Shown: in pieces, positions 37,335 through 48,644 of the stretch
Position numbering within the stretch: position 1 is the first letter of the stretch
Layout: each line of letters begins with the position of its first letter
Assembly (NCBI GenBank): GCA_945872855.1
Contig: CAMCAW010000003.1
Coordinates: forward strand, 7,140 to 71,139
Reading direction: 5' to 3'
Length of the DNA stretch: 64,000 nucleotides
From: Rickettsia typhi
GTDB taxonomy: Bacteria > Pseudomonadota > Alphaproteobacteria > Rickettsiales > UBA1997
The notes under the pieces: model-generated
What the model was told of the DNA's origin: nothing
What the model saw: only the letters and a program-made list of their open reading frames with translations
Database searches by the model: none
Made by a program: the position numbers and the translations under genes

Positions 37335-38642
37335 ATGGCTACATTAATTACCATTCTATTTTTAATTATTCTCAACGGCTTTTTCTCTTTGTCAGAAATG
37401 GCCATTGTCTCTTCAAGCAAGCCAGTATTGCGTGCAATGGCAAGGCGCGGCGATAAAGGTGCGGTCAATGTTTTGAAGCTGCTTGAAAATCAAGGCAAGT
37501 TTCTATCGACAATTCAAGTGGGCATAACAACCGTTGGCACACTTACAGCCGCTTATGGTGGTGCCACTATCGCATTTTCTCTCGGTGAAATTTTAAACAA
37601 GATTTATTTTGTTGCGCCCTACGGCGGAATGATCGCAATAACTCTCGTAGTATTTTCTATCACTTATTTTTCAGTGGTGATTGGTGAATTAATCCCAAAA
37701 CGTATCGCTTTAAGAAATCCTGAATATATCTCAACTTTGGTTGCGCAACCAATGATTTCGCTCTCTTACATCTTTTTTCCGCTCGTAAAAGTTTTTGATG
37801 TTTCGGCAGAAGTGGTGATGAAGTTTTTTGGAATTTTTGCAGCCGCAGAAGATAAAGTTACTGAAGCTGACCTTAGAGCCATAATAAGCGAGGGCGCTGA
37901 AAATGGTGTAATTGAAAAGTCTGAGCATGAAATGATGCAGCGAATTTTTCGTCTCGATAATCGTGATGCAAAATCAATAATGACGCATATCTCAGAAGTT
38001 ACTCTCATCAAAACCGATGACTCAATCGATGAAATAAGAAGAAAAATTCGCGAAGCTGGCCATTCAAAATATCCAGTAATTGACAGTGCTACGCAAAAAA
38101 TTATCGGTGTAACGCAAACAAAAGAAATGCTTTCTGATGTGATGCTGTTAAACACAATCGATATTAGAAATCATTTAAAAGAAGTTCATTTTATTTCTGA
38201 AAATACCAATTGCTTGAAGTTGTTAGAAATGTTCAAGAGCTCGTCAATCCACTTGGCTGTAGTGATTGACGAATATGGCGAAGTTGAAGGAATTGTCACC
38301 GATTCTGATGTTTTTGAAGCGATCGTCGGTTTGCTCCCTTCAAATTATGATGAAAAAGATTTTGTGATGATTACGCAAAGAGACGATAAATCTTGGTTGG
38401 TTGAAGGAATGACGCCAATCGACGAAATCAATATTTTAATTGGAATCGAAGAAATTAACAGCGAAGGCCGCTTCGACACTATTGCGGGCTTTTTGCTAGA
38501 CCACATAAACAAAGTGCCACAAGAAGGCGACAAAGTCATCAAATATGGTTATAGTTTTGAAATTATCGATATGGATGGAATGAGGGTCGATAAAATATTG
38601 ATCACTAATTTAAATGCGATGAGTAATTTATGCGCAAATTAA
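37335..38642 (+). CDS. tlyC: CNNM/DUF21-CBS-CorC_HlyC family protein (TlyC-type 'hemolysin').
   Basis: It has four N-terminal TM helices, a CBS pair and a C-terminal CorC/HlyC-like domain. Length is 435 aa. Confidence 0.75.
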   Translation: MATLITILFLIILNGFFSLSEMAIVSSSKPVLRAMARRGDKGAVNVLKLLENQGKFLSTIQVGITTVGTLTAAYGGATIAFSLGEILNKIYFVAPYGGMIAITLVVFSITYFSVVIGELIPKRIALRNPEYISTLVAQPMISLSYIFFPLVKVFDVSAEVVMKFFGIFAAAEDKVTEADLRAIISEGAENGVIEKSEHEMMQRIFRLDNRDAKSIMTHISEVTLIKTDDSIDEIRRKIREAGHSKYPVIDSATQKIIGVTQTKEMLSDVMLLNTIDIRNHLKEVHFISENTNCLKLLEMFKSSSIHLAVVIDEYGEVEGIVTDSDVFEAIVGLLPSNYDEKDFVMITQRDDKSWLVEGMTPIDEINILIGIEEINSEGRFDTIAGFLLDHINKVPQEGDKVIKYGYSFEIIDMDGMRVDKILITNLNAMSNLCAN

Positions 38643-39703
38643 TCACGGTCTTTTTATTGCTCATCTTCACTTTTTCTGCTCAAGCAAAAACCTCTAAGCC
38701 AAAAAATATTATTTTTCTAATCGGTGATGGAATGGGTTTGGCGCAAATCACCTACGGAATGCTGCATAATCGCGATGCTTCAAATTTTATGCGCTTCAAA
38801 AATATTGGCCTAATAAAAACTTATTCAGCGAGCGAAGATATAACAGATTCTGCCGCTGCAGCCACAGCCTTCTCAACTGGCAATAAAACTTATAATGGCG
38901 CAATTGCTGTTGGTTTAGATAAAAAACCGCTAACAACAATTTTAGAGCTGGCTGAAAAACGCGGATTAGCAACTGGCTTGGTTTCTACTTGCTCGGTCAC
39001 TCACGCAACTCCCGCTGCTTTTATTGCTCATCAATCTTCGCGTGATTCATATGAAAATATTGCTGCAGATTTTTTGAAAACCGATATAGATATTTTTATT
39101 GGCGGTGGTTTAAATTATTTTAATCAACGCTCCGATGGTGCAGATTTAACAAAAAAATTACAACAAAAGGGCTATAAAATTTATACCAATGAAAAAGATT
39201 TATTTTCTGATAAATATAATGGAAAAACAGCGGCCCTATTGGCTCTAGACCATTTACCAAAAATACAAAATGATCGTAAAAATTATGAAGAACGAGCTTT
39301 AGAAAAAGCGTTAAAAGTTTTGTCGCAAAATAAAAAAGGATTTTTTCTGATGGTTGAGGGATCGCAAATTGATTGGGGCGGCCATCAAAATGACGAAGAA
39401 TATATCAAGCAAGAAGTGATTGATTTTGACAAGGTAATTGGCAAAGCCCTAGATTTTGCTGCGCAAGATAAAAACACTTTAGTAATAGTGACGGCAGACC
39501 ATGAAACAGGAGGTTTGGCGCTCACTGGAAAAAACAATTCTAAAACCGAAAACTATGGCGCAATCACGCCAAAATTTACTTCTAAAGGCCACTCAGCAAT
39601 GATGGTTCCAGTTTTTGCTTATGGTGTTGGCGCTGAAGAGTTTATGGGTATTTATGAAAATACCGAGATTTTTTGGAAGATGAAAAAGTTGCTGAAGATT
39701 TGA
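38630..39703 (+). CDS. Alkaline phosphatase (PhoA family), secreted.
   Basis: It has a signal peptide (LLLIFTFSAQA), IFLIGDGMG, the active-site Ser region DSAAAATAFSTG, and ADHETGG. Confidence 0.85.
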   Translation: MRKLITVFLLLIFTFSAQAKTSKPKNIIFLIGDGMGLAQITYGMLHNRDASNFMRFKNIGLIKTYSASEDITDSAAAATAFSTGNKTYNGAIAVGLDKKPLTTILELAEKRGLATGLVSTCSVTHATPAAFIAHQSSRDSYENIAADFLKTDIDIFIGGGLNYFNQRSDGADLTKKLQQKGYKIYTNEKDLFSDKYNGKTAALLALDHLPKIQNDRKNYEERALEKALKVLSQNKKGFFLMVEGSQIDWGGHQNDEEYIKQEVIDFDKVIGKALDFAAQDKNTLVIVTADHETGGLALTGKNNSKTENYGAITPKFTSKGHSAMMVPVFAYGVGAEEFMGIYENTEIFWKMKKLLKI

Positions 39704-39705
39704 AG

Positions 39706-40761
39706 TTATTTCAACAACAAAAAATCTGCCAAAACACAAGCCAGCATTGCTTCGCCAACAGGCACGGCGCGAATTCCAACGCAAGGATCGTGCCTTCCTT
39801 TGGTAATAATTTCAGTATTATTTCCGTTAATATCGATGGTGCGACGCGGAATTAAAATTGAACTTGTCGCCTTCACCGCAAAACGAACCACAAGATCTTG
39901 CCCCGAAGAAATGCCGCCAAGCACGCCACCAGAGTGGTTTGCCGAGAATTTCACTTTACCATTTTCCATCCACATTTCGTCGGCAAGCTCGCTGCCTTTG
40001 CGTGATGCAGCGCCAAATCCATCGCCAATTTCAACGCCTTTCACTGCGTTAATTCCCATCATTGCTGCAGCAATTTGAGCATCAAGTTTGTTATAAATTG
40101 GCTCACCCAAGCCAATTGGAACATTGCGTGCAACCAGCTCTATCACCGCTCCAACAGAGTCTCCACTTTTGCGAATTTCACTTAAATAATCGGCAAAATT
40201 TGCGGCGGCAATTTTATCGGGGCAGAAGAAATCATTATTGCTAATTTCAGCAAAGTCAATGTTGGCGCGGTCAATTTGCTTCTCGCCAATTTGCGTTAAA
40301 TAGCCAATGATTCGGATGTTATCTTGCGCGATAATTTTTCGTGCCACAGCACCTGCAGCCACGCGCATAGCGGTTTCACGAGCAGAAGATCTTCCGCCAC
40401 CGCGATAATCACGAATGCCATATTTTTGAAAATAGGTGTAATCGGCGTGCGAAGGGCGAAATTTATCTTTAATCTCAGAATAATCGGCGCTTTTTTGATC
40501 CTCATTTTCAATAATCATAGAGATCGGCGTGCCAGTGGTGACGCCATCAAACACCCCAGATAAAATTTTTACCTGATCAGATTCTTGGCGCTGCGTTGTA
40601 AATTTTGATTGCCCCGGACGACGTTTATCCAAAAAAGGCTGAATATCACTTTCGTTTAATTCAATTAACGAAGGACAGCCATCAACCACACAGCCAATTG
40701 CCTCGCCATGACTTTCTCCCCAAGAGGTAAAAGAAAATTTTGTGCCAAATTTGTTACTCAT
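39706..40761 (-). CDS. aroC: Chorismate synthase.
   Basis: Motifs [18 protein letters not shown] and GRHDPCV are present. Confidence 0.9.
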   Translation of the reverse strand: MSNKFGTKFSFTSWGESHGEAIGCVVDGCPSLIELNESDIQPFLDKRRPGQSKFTTQRQESDQVKILSGVFDGVTTGTPISMIIENEDQKSADYSEIKDKFRPSHADYTYFQKYGIRDYRGGGRSSARETAMRVAAGAVARKIIAQDNIRIIGYLTQIGEKQIDRANIDFAEISNNDFFCPDKIAAANFADYLSEIRKSGDSVGAVIELVARNVPIGLGEPIYNKLDAQIAAAMMGINAVKGVEIGDGFGAASRKGSELADEMWMENGKVKFSANHSGGVLGGISSGQDLVVRFAVKATSSILIPRRTIDINGNNTEIITKGRHDPCVGIRAVPVGEAMLACVLADFLLLK

Positions 40762-41182
40762 TATCAGTTTTATTTAAAATTAAGACTGGATTTTGTGAAA
40801 ACACTAAATGATTACCTTCGTCGTTTATAACCAATTTTCCTGCAGTGATATTTCCCGCTTCTCCCGTGGCATAAACATCAAATAAAGTTACCTCTTCATC
40901 ATCTTTATGAGCAGCCTTTTTAGCCTTGATAGTGTAGATCTGGTTTTCAGTATATTGAAATTTAATCCGCGGATTAATCATGATTTTTTCGACCTGATAT
41001 TTTTCAGGATTTTTTTGATAATCAGAAACCAATTTATATTTTTGATTATCTTTGTTTAGGGCGTAAAAAATATAAACAAAAATTCCTGCAATAATTAAAA
41101 AATAGCACAAAATTGTGAGGTATTTTTTAACTTTTATATGTAGATTTATGCGGCGGAGAGCGAGCGCGGTTCTAAGGTCCAT
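40754..41182 (-). CDS. Membrane-anchored hypothetical protein (possibly LptC-like).
   Basis: It has a single N-terminal TM and a ~100-aa beta-rich periplasmic part. There is no lptA or lptB nearby, so the function is a guess. Confidence 0.35.
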   Translation of the reverse strand: MDLRTALALRRINLHIKVKKYLTILCYFLIIAGIFVYIFYALNKDNQKYKLVSDYQKNPEKYQVEKIMINPRIKFQYTENQIYTIKAKKAAHKDDEEVTLFDVYATGEAGNITAGKLVINDEGNHLVFSQNPVLILNKTDNE

Positions 41183-41183
41183 A

Positions 41184-41537
41184 TTATTTCTTTCTTTCTT
41201 GCGATAAGGTGATTGAGAAGGATTCTACATTTTCAACAATTCCAACTTTATCAATTTCTACTTCGCATTTTTTTACTCTTTCATCTTCCATAATTAAATC
41301 TAGAGTTTGCTGAACCATTTCTTCAATCAGTTTAAATTTTTTACTGGTTAATAAGTTTTTGATTTTCACGATCAATTCGTGATAATCAATGGTATCTTTT
41401 ATGCTGTTAGTAAAGCGCGCAAGATCGTAGTCGGTTTCAATTATCGCATTGATAATTATTGTGCGCTCAACCGTTTCCTCCCATTCATAAATGCCAAGAA
41501 TGGTAGTAAATTTGAAATTTTTAATTTTAATAATCAT
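41184..41537 (-). CDS. folB: Dihydroneopterin aldolase.
   Basis: The pattern I.I..F.F..ILGIYEWE...ER.I.I......D is present, with TIDY and KLIE motifs. The start is taken at MIIKIKN. Confidence 0.65.
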   Translation of the reverse strand: MIIKIKNFKFTTILGIYEWEETVERTIIINAIIETDYDLARFTNSIKDTIDYHELIVKIKNLLTSKKFKLIEEMVQQTLDLIMEDERVKKCEVEIDKVGIVENVESFSITLSQERKK

Positions 41538-41606
41538 AAAATGGGTGATAATAAAATTATCTACATAGATAAATTTAAACAATCTAAACAAAAAAAGGAG
41601 CGTAAG

Positions 41607-42161
41607 ATGCTTTTTCTCGTTATTGCCGCTGGAATCACTGTTGGCTTGGTTGTATGGAATTATTACGTTGCAAATGTTGCGCGTTTTGATGTTAAAATTC
41701 CGCCATCAAAGAATATTACTTTTAACAATGAGCAAGTATTGGCAATGACCACAGCACAAATTGCTAACGAGTTTGAAAAATATGACAATAAGCCAATTTT
41801 GCTTTATCTTTATACAACTTGGTGTGAAAGTTGTAAGAAAAATTTTTCAACTTTTAACGAAATTGCACAAGAATTTCAAGAAACAGAGCTTCATATAATT
41901 GCGTTGGCAATTGATCGCGACTTAACGCAATCTGTGCTGCAGGCAGATTTAAATCAACATGGAGCAATTTATTTTCAGCCACGTTTTTTAGCTTTCAAAG
42001 AAGGGTTTAAAGAATTTTTAAAACAAAAACAGATTAATTATGAAGGCCGTATTCCCTTTACAGTATTGATTGCGCGTGATGGGAAGGTGGTCGTGAAATA
42101 TGTTGGAGTGAAAAATAAAAATTATCTGCGCAACAAAATTGTTCGCGAGCTATATTTATAA
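41607..42161 (+). CDS. Membrane-anchored thioredoxin-fold protein (TlpA/ResA-like thiol:disulfide oxidoreductase).
   Basis: An AAGGAG RBS at 41595-41600 lies 6 nt before the ATG at 41607. The protein has an N-terminal TM and a WCESC (CxxC) motif. Confidence 0.65.
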   Translation: MLFLVIAAGITVGLVVWNYYVANVARFDVKIPPSKNITFNNEQVLAMTTAQIANEFEKYDNKPILLYLYTTWCESCKKNFSTFNEIAQEFQETELHIIALAIDRDLTQSVLQADLNQHGAIYFQPRFLAFKEGFKEFLKQKQINYEGRIPFTVLIARDGKVVVKYVGVKNKNYLRNKIVRELYL

Positions 42162-42165
42162 ATAA

Positions 42166-42828
42166 TTACGGGGTTTTTAAAGTAGCAGGAACCTCTAAAT
42201 CTGTGCCAGTGCAGCTTGTTTCTGCGGCTATTTTCTGCTGTTTTTCCTTAGTTTTTAAATCAGTGTAAACGCCGTTGGTTAAAGGCTCATTAGGATCATG
42301 AGGAGTATTTTTCTTCAGCTCAATTAAATCATTCACTAGCAAATTTCTAATATTTAGCGCGGCAATTTTTACGAGATTTGAGCGCGCATAATCTTCTGCC
42401 ACATAGGTTCCGTAACGGTTTACTTGCACGTCGTAGTTATCATTCACTACTGTTGAGCCAATTGAAACAATCTCGCCAGTTTTTGCATCTTTAAGTTGAT
42501 AGTCGATTGTAAGGTTAACTCTGTTACGCCCCGAGGCGCCAGTGGCCGTTATAAAGGTGCCGCCAACACCCTTTACCATATTTAAAACCAAAATATATTT
42601 AGGTTCTTCCTCAATATAATCGGGGTTGAAAGTGTCTTTTAGAGCGTTTCGTAATTCTTGTGTTAGGCGCCCGCTATCCTTTTGTATTCTGATTGTAGCG
42701 AGCTCTTGCTCGTAAGAAGTTTTGTTATCAGCTTCGCCCTCGCGATAAATTACTTGAAAGCCGCAAGAAGAAATTATTAAGCAAAAAAGTAATGCGAGGA
42801 GAGTTTTTTTAGCCATTTTTCTGATCAA
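42166..42828 (-). CDS. Lipoprotein, LptE-like.
   Basis: It has a lipobox (IISS-CGF), with CGF as in the LptE mature N-terminus, and a size of about 200 aa. The assignment is tentative. Confidence 0.4.
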   Translation of the reverse strand: MIRKMAKKTLLALLFCLIISSCGFQVIYREGEADNKTSYEQELATIRIQKDSGRLTQELRNALKDTFNPDYIEEEPKYILVLNMVKGVGGTFITATGASGRNRVNLTIDYQLKDAKTGEIVSIGSTVVNDNYDVQVNRYGTYVAEDYARSNLVKIAALNIRNLLVNDLIELKKNTPHDPNEPLTNGVYTDLKTKEKQQKIAAETSCTGTDLEVPATLKTP

Positions 42829-44446
42829 GCATAGCCTTGATAAACGAGACGAATAAAGGGTGCGCCGCGAAAGGCCGAGATTTTAATTCGGGGTGAAATT
42901 GTACGCCGATAAAAAATGGATGATCTTTTATTTCGACAATCTCGGTTAATTTGCGGTCTGGCGACATTCCAGAAAATTTCAAGCCAGCTTTTTCTAATTT
43001 ATCTTTGAAGTTGATATTAACTTCAAAGCGATGGCGGTGACGTTCATTGATTGCTGTTGCTTTGTAAACTTTATTAGCGAGAGATGCCGCGGCAACGTTG
43101 CATTTGTAAGAACCAAGACGCATAGTTCCGCCTAAATCTTTTTCTGCCTTATGAACTTTTTTACCAGATTTTTCTAGCCATTCATTCATTAAACCGATAA
43201 CGAAAGTGCCTTTTTTGGCAATTTCACTAGAGGTGGCATCCTTTATGCCTAGCACGTTGCGGGCATATTCGATAACGGCCATTTGCATGCCAAAACAAAT
43301 GCCTAAATAAGGAATTTTATTTTTACGCGCATATTCAATCATCGCAATTTTACCCTCGGTGCCATCTTCGCCAAACCCGCCGGGAACTAAGATAGCATTG
43401 ACTTTCTTCAAGCTTGCCAAATTTTTCTCGCTGATATTTCGAGCATTAACCCAAGTTATATTCGCTTTAACTTTAAGAGAAAAAGCTGCGTGATCAATGG
43501 CTTCGAGTAGCGATTTATATGAGTCGCGATATTCTGTATATTTTCCGACAATGGCAATATTTACTTCATCTTGCGGATTTTTAATAGCATCTTGAATCTT
43601 GAGCCACTTAGAGAGATCTGGCTTCTTTTGATGGTCAAGACCAAAGAATTTTAGTAATTCGGTATCAAGGCCGTTGGCATGATAAACTAGAGGAACGGAG
43701 TAAATATTATCAACGTTAGGTGCTGCAATCACCTGATTTAAAGGTACCGAGCACATTTTAGCAATTTTTTCAAGGTGAGACTTTTCAATTTTTCTTTCAG
43801 CGCGACATAGCAAAACAGTGGGCTGAATGCCAATTGAGCGCAATTCTTTAACCGAATGTTGTGTTGGTTTTGTTTTTAGTTCATGGGCGCTCTCAATGTA
43901 TGGTAGTAGGGTTAGATGTAAGAAGGCGCAACGATTTCCCATCTCAAAACCAAGTTGACGAATAGCTTCGAAGAATGGCAAGGCTTCAATATCGCCAATG
44001 GTTCCGCCAATTTCGCAAAGAGCAAAATCTACATCTTCAATATCATTTAAAATGAATTTTTTGATGAGATCGGTAACGTGCGGAATCACTTGTACCGTGC
44101 CTCCGAGATAGTCGCCCTTGCGTTCTTTCGATAATAATTTTGAGTAAATTTGACCAGCGGTAACGTTATCAGAGCGCTTGGCATCTACGCCGGTGAATCG
44201 TTCATAATGGCCGAGATCGAGATCTGTTTCGGCGCCATCTTCAGTGACAAAAACCTCGCCATGCTGTGTGGGGCTCATTGTGCCCGGATCTATGTTGAGG
44301 TAGGGATCGAGTTTGCGCAAGCGTACAGAATAGCCGCGAGTTTGCAGCAAGGCAGCGAGAGAAGCCGCCGCCAAGCCCTTGCCAAGTGAAGAAACTACGC
44401 CTCCAGTGATGAAAATGAATTTGGTTTTGCTATTATTTATTTTCAC
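42809..44446 (-). CDS. pyrG: CTP synthase.
   Basis: It starts [16 protein letters not shown] and has the glutaminase motif GICFGMQ. Confidence 0.95.
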   Translation of the reverse strand: MKINNSKTKFIFITGGVVSSLGKGLAAASLAALLQTRGYSVRLRKLDPYLNIDPGTMSPTQHGEVFVTEDGAETDLDLGHYERFTGVDAKRSDNVTAGQIYSKLLSKERKGDYLGGTVQVIPHVTDLIKKFILNDIEDVDFALCEIGGTIGDIEALPFFEAIRQLGFEMGNRCAFLHLTLLPYIESAHELKTKPTQHSVKELRSIGIQPTVLLCRAERKIEKSHLEKIAKMCSVPLNQVIAAPNVDNIYSVPLVYHANGLDTELLKFFGLDHQKKPDLSKWLKIQDAIKNPQDEVNIAIVGKYTEYRDSYKSLLEAIDHAAFSLKVKANITWVNARNISEKNLASLKKVNAILVPGGFGEDGTEGKIAMIEYARKNKIPYLGICFGMQMAVIEYARNVLGIKDATSSEIAKKGTFVIGLMNEWLEKSGKKVHKAEKDLGGTMRLGSYKCNVAAASLANKVYKATAINERHRHRFEVNINFKDKLEKAGLKFSGMSPDRKLTEIVEIKDHPFFIGVQFHPELKSRPFAAHPLFVSFIKAMLDQKNG

Positions 44447-44460
44447 GAATTTTATTCTTT

Positions 44461-45867
44461 TTATTTACCTTGCATGATTCTTTCAACTAACTGTCCGATA
44501 GTTGGAACGAAGCCATTAGCATAATAAGGATCGGTTGCGAAGCGATATGCAGCGTGGCCAGAGAACATTAATTGATGATCCATATCGATGCCATTACGCA
44601 CATCTTGCAAAGTTTTTTGAATGCAAAAACTGCGTGGATCTGCCTTGCGACTTGTTGTATAATTCATTTCTTCTTTATCAGACCAATTGCTGAAGCGGCA
44701 TTGACTCAAGCAGCCCATGCAATTGATTTGGTCGGTAACAATTTGTGTTGATTTTGATTTATCGACAAACATCAGCGTTTCATCTGGTGTTTTCATGCCT
44801 TCAGTGAAGCCAGCATTAGTCCATTCATCAACGTTAGCTTTATCTATAGGTCTAATGTAAACAACGCGGCCCCTTTGTCCAAAAGGAATGCTGATGTTAA
44901 ATTCACCTTCAGCTTTGGCGCGATATTCTACTTGTCTGATCTCGCGCTCTTTTAATTCGCGAATGAAAGAATTTTCGATAGCAGAAGAGTAGAAGCCTGT
45001 AGGGCTGAAGCGGTTAAGATAAATATCGCCTTTTTTCAACGTAAGAAGTTTTTGCTTCCATTCAAGTGGCACGGGATATTCTTGCGTAAGGATCGGGCGC
45101 GTTCCAAATTGAAAAACGATTGGTCCGATTTCGGGGTTATCGAGCCAATGCTCAAATTCTTCAATGTTCCAAACGCCACCAGCCATGATGATTGGGGTTT
45201 CGTTCAAGCCAATTTCATTCATGAATTTGCGCAATTCTGCAACGCGTGGATATGGATCTTGAAATTCATCTGGGCTTTCAGCGTTAGATAGGCCGTTATG
45301 TCCGCCAGCGCGCCATGGACATTCATAAACTACGCCACCAAGTAAATCTTTGGCTTTGTGATAACTGCGCTTCCACAAAGCACGAAAGGCGCGCATGGAA
45401 GAGACAATTGGGTAATAGTAAACCTGATATTTTTCAGCAATTTCAGCTAAGCGATAAGGCATGCCTGCGCCGCAAGTAACGCCATGAATCAAGCCTTTAG
45501 CGCCTTCAAGAATACCGTGTAAAACGCGTTCAGCGCCGCCCATTTCCCAGAGCACGTTCATGTGAATTCGGCCATGTCCACCAGCAACATCATGGGCAAT
45601 TTTCGCTTGAGAAATGCCGCCTTGAATGCTGTAATTGACTAGCTCATCGTGCTTTTCGCGGCGCGTATGAGTTTTATATTCAAGCGGAATTAATTTGCCG
45701 TTATGATCTAGATAATCTGCGTTCACGCCAGAAAAAGTGCCCACAGCACCAGCCTTTGCAAAATGACCCGCAGTTATACCGTTAGTGATTCCGATACCTT
45801 TTCCACCTTCAACAATTGGCAAGCAATTAACGCCAGAAATATTCAGCGATTTCATTGATTTAAGCAC
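44461..45867 (-). CDS. Nitronate monooxygenase / FabK-like FMN oxidoreductase family protein, long form.
   Basis: An AGGAG RBS lies 6 nt before the GTG start at 45867. It has TIM-barrel NMO-like motifs ([21 protein letters not shown]) and a C-terminal extension with CMGCLSQC. Confidence 0.6.
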   Translation of the reverse strand: MLKSMKSLNISGVNCLPIVEGGKGIGITNGITAGHFAKAGAVGTFSGVNADYLDHNGKLIPLEYKTHTRREKHDELVNYSIQGGISQAKIAHDVAGGHGRIHMNVLWEMGGAERVLHGILEGAKGLIHGVTCGAGMPYRLAEIAEKYQVYYYPIVSSMRAFRALWKRSYHKAKDLLGGVVYECPWRAGGHNGLSNAESPDEFQDPYPRVAELRKFMNEIGLNETPIIMAGGVWNIEEFEHWLDNPEIGPIVFQFGTRPILTQEYPVPLEWKQKLLTLKKGDIYLNRFSPTGFYSSAIENSFIRELKEREIRQVEYRAKAEGEFNISIPFGQRGRVVYIRPIDKANVDEWTNAGFTEGMKTPDETLMFVDKSKSTQIVTDQINCMGCLSQCRFSNWSDKEEMNYTTSRKADPRSFCIQKTLQDVRNGIDMDHQLMFSGHAAYRFATDPYYANGFVPTIGQLVERIMQGK

Positions 45868-45893
45868 GAGTTTCTCCTAAGTAAATATAATAA

Positions 45894-45974
45894 TTCAATC
45901 AAAAATTCCGATCTCAATCTGACTCAAAATTGAGCGAGGTTATTGAGCTATTTAGATCAGAATTTTTGATTGAA
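45894..45974. repeat. An 81-bp nested inverted repeat in the GT2/NMO intergenic region.
   Basis: ttcaatcaaaaattccgatc (45894-45913) pairs with gatcagaatttttgattgaa (45955-45974), 19 of 20 positions. The 41-bp core contains CTCAA/TTGAG half-sites at 45913, 45923, 45930 and 45943. Confidence 0.6.
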
Positions 45975-46004
45975 CCAGATTAATAAAGCGGAATATGTTA
46001 CTGA

Positions 46005-46787
46005 TTATTTTTTGGTTGTAAATGATTTGTTGGTAGCGCTGAATTTCTTAACAAAGTGCCGCGCGATCAATTTCAACAGGCCTCGCGAGTTTTGTAAAAT
46101 TTTTAACTTACTTTCGCCAATTTTCTTTCCATAGTCATAAATTAAAGGTAATTCATCGATGCGTGCATTTATTTGCGCGAGGTTTAATAAGATTTCGCAA
46201 GTATAAATAAAATCTTTTTCGGTAATAAATTTATCTTGATGAATTTGATAAAGTTCTCTCAATTTTTTTGCACTATAGGCGCGATAACCGCTGCTGTAGT
46301 CTTGAATCTTGCCGCCAGAAATTTTTTTGATAGGAAAAATAGTTTGCAAAACTAATGATGTGATTTTGCTAATGCATTTTCGATAAAATGGAAAATCATT
46401 TGTGACGCTTGCTGTGCAAAATCTGGAAGCGATTGCGAGATCAAGCTTTTCCTGCTGGCAAAGTTGAACGAGGTCGTTAATCTGTGAGGGATTATGCGTG
46501 TTATCGGCATCGAGCGAAATTATTAAATCGTCATCAGTGCAATTTTTTATAATATCGAGAAAAATTCTTTTATAGGCGAGGCCAAGCCCGCATTGGTTTT
46601 GCGGCTCTAAAATTTTTATGGGATAAGATAATTTTGCAATTAGTTGCGGCGTTTCATCATAGCCGCCATCTAGGCAAAGAATTATTTCATAATCGTTGGT
46701 TATTTTTTTAACTTCACGATTAATATTAGGTAATAATGTTTTTAAATTTTGCGCCTCATTAAAAGCGCAAAGAATTATTTTTATCAC
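46005..46787 (-). CDS. Family 2 glycosyltransferase (Dpm1/polyprenol-phosphate sugar transferase-like).
   Basis: The N-terminus I.C.FNEA.NL and the LDADNTH (DxD) motif are present. Confidence 0.75.
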   Translation of the reverse strand: MIKIILCAFNEAQNLKTLLPNINREVKKITNDYEIILCLDGGYDETPQLIAKLSYPIKILEPQNQCGLGLAYKRIFLDIIKNCTDDDLIISLDADNTHNPSQINDLVQLCQQEKLDLAIASRFCTASVTNDFPFYRKCISKITSLVLQTIFPIKKISGGKIQDYSSGYRAYSAKKLRELYQIHQDKFITEKDFIYTCEILLNLAQINARIDELPLIYDYGKKIGESKLKILQNSRGLLKLIARHFVKKFSATNKSFTTKK

Positions 46788-46846
46788 AAGCTTTTAAAAT
46801 TTAATTCAGAATTTTTTAGGATAAATTTTTGGAATACTGTAATTTA

Positions 46847-48634
46847 ATGACAAATTTAGAACTAACAAGAAAACAATTTGACTTGATTGTAATTGGCTCG
46901 GGAGGTGCTGGTTTAATGGCGGCAATTACGGCTTATGACGCTGGAGTAAAAAATATCGCCATAATCAGTAAGGTCATTCCAACCAATAGCCACACGGTTG
47001 CAGCCAAGGGTGGAATTAATGCAGCATTAGGAAATGTGATTGAAGACGATTGGAAATGGCATGCCTTCGACACAATAAAAGGCTCCGATTATTTGGCCGA
47101 TGCTAATGCTGTAGAGCTGCTCTGCAAGGGCGCTGCAGCGGCAATTATCGAGCTAGAAAAAATGGGCGTAGTTTTCTCTCGCGATGCTGAAGGAAAAATT
47201 GCGCAGAGGGCCTATGGCGGCCAAACCACCGACTTCGGCAATGGTGGCGTTGCCTATCGCGCCTGTTATTCTAAGGATAAAACAGGGCAGACGATTCTTC
47301 ATACACTCTACTCTGAGGCGCTGCGAAGGGGTATAACATTTTTCAGTGAATTTTTTGTTACAGATTTATTGATAGAAGATTTATCGACTACACAAAATCA
47401 GGGTGAGACCTTGGCAAAGCAATGCCACGGCTGCTTAGCAATAGATTTAAATCAAGGTCAATTAGTGCTTTTTGAAAGCGCGCAAAATATAATTGCAACT
47501 GGTGGTTACAGTCAAATTTATCGCAATACCACTTCATCTTTAATTTGCACAGGAGACGGCGGAGCCTTGATTCTAAAGGAAGGACTGCCATTGCAAGATA
47601 TGGAATTTGTACAATTTCATCCGACTGGAATTTCTAATCAGGGATTTTTAATCAGCGAGGCTGCAAGAGGTGAGGGCGCATATTTATTGAACGCGCAGGG
47701 TGATCGCTTCATGAAAAACTACGCGCCAAAAATGATGGAACTATCTTCGCGCGATGTCATTTCTCGTGCAATTGCTACAGAAATTATTGAAGGCAGAGGA
47801 TGTGGGCCACAAAAAAATTACATCAATTTAGATTTGCGGCATTTAAGCGAAGAAATATTGCTACAAAAGCTTCCGGGCATTGTTGAAATTGCTAGAAATT
47901 TTGCGAAAGTCGATGTGCGTAAAGAGCCGATTCCAATTGCGCCAACTGCTCATTACACAATGGGCGGAATTCCTACAAATATTGATTGTGAGGTTTTGGA
48001 TTTTGCCAATCATGAGGTTGCAGGCCTTATGGCTGTAGGTGAAGCGGCTTGTATTTCGGTGCATGGCGCCAATCGCTTGGGCTGCAATTCTTTGCTGGAT
48101 TTAATTATTTTTGGAAAAATTGCAGGGAAAAAATCAGCAGAAAAAATTCGTAACTTTGATTTGTCGGTTCGCACTAAATCTGCCGCAAAAATAACTCGAA
48201 TTGCTGAAGAGAGGGTTGCTCGGCTACAAAATTTGTTAAAGAAAAATTCAGAACAAATAAAAACTTTGCCACAAATTAAAATAGAATTACAAAATATTAA
48301 CGAAAAACATCTTGGGGTTTTTCGTAATCAAGAACTTCTAGAGCAAGCTGTGATAAGGCTTGATGAGTTATTCAAAATTTTTAAAAATCTTGCAATCAAA
48401 AATAAATCTTTTTTATGGAATGAAGAATTAGTGGGATATTTTGAACTAGAAAATCTCTTCCTAAATTCTTTCGCGGCAATTGCTTCGGCCTTAGAGCGCA
48501 AAGAAAGTAGGGGCGCTCACTATCGCGATGATTTTCCTGCAAAAGATGATGAAAATTGGCTATTTCATAGTTTGGTGAAATATGATTCTAGTTCTTTAGT
48601 GAAGGCGTTATTTTTAAAGAAAAATGTCTGCTAA
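46847..48634 (+). CDS. sdhA: Succinate dehydrogenase (or fumarate reductase) flavoprotein subunit.
   Basis: Motifs VIGSGGAGL, SHTVAAKGGINAALGN (FAD-linked His), HPTG and RGEG are present. Length is about 595 aa from the ATG at 46847. Confidence 0.85.
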   Translation: MTNLELTRKQFDLIVIGSGGAGLMAAITAYDAGVKNIAIISKVIPTNSHTVAAKGGINAALGNVIEDDWKWHAFDTIKGSDYLADANAVELLCKGAAAAIIELEKMGVVFSRDAEGKIAQRAYGGQTTDFGNGGVAYRACYSKDKTGQTILHTLYSEALRRGITFFSEFFVTDLLIEDLSTTQNQGETLAKQCHGCLAIDLNQGQLVLFESAQNIIATGGYSQIYRNTTSSLICTGDGGALILKEGLPLQDMEFVQFHPTGISNQGFLISEAARGEGAYLLNAQGDRFMKNYAPKMMELSSRDVISRAIATEIIEGRGCGPQKNYINLDLRHLSEEILLQKLPGIVEIARNFAKVDVRKEPIPIAPTAHYTMGGIPTNIDCEVLDFANHEVAGLMAVGEAACISVHGANRLGCNSLLDLIIFGKIAGKKSAEKIRNFDLSVRTKSAAKITRIAEERVARLQNLLKKNSEQIKTLPQIKIELQNINEKHLGVFRNQELLEQAVIRLDELFKIFKNLAIKNKSFLWNEELVGYFELENLFLNSFAAIASALERKESRGAHYRDDFPAKDDENWLFHSLVKYDSSSLVKALFLKKNVC

Positions 48635-48644
48635 ATATTTGCAA

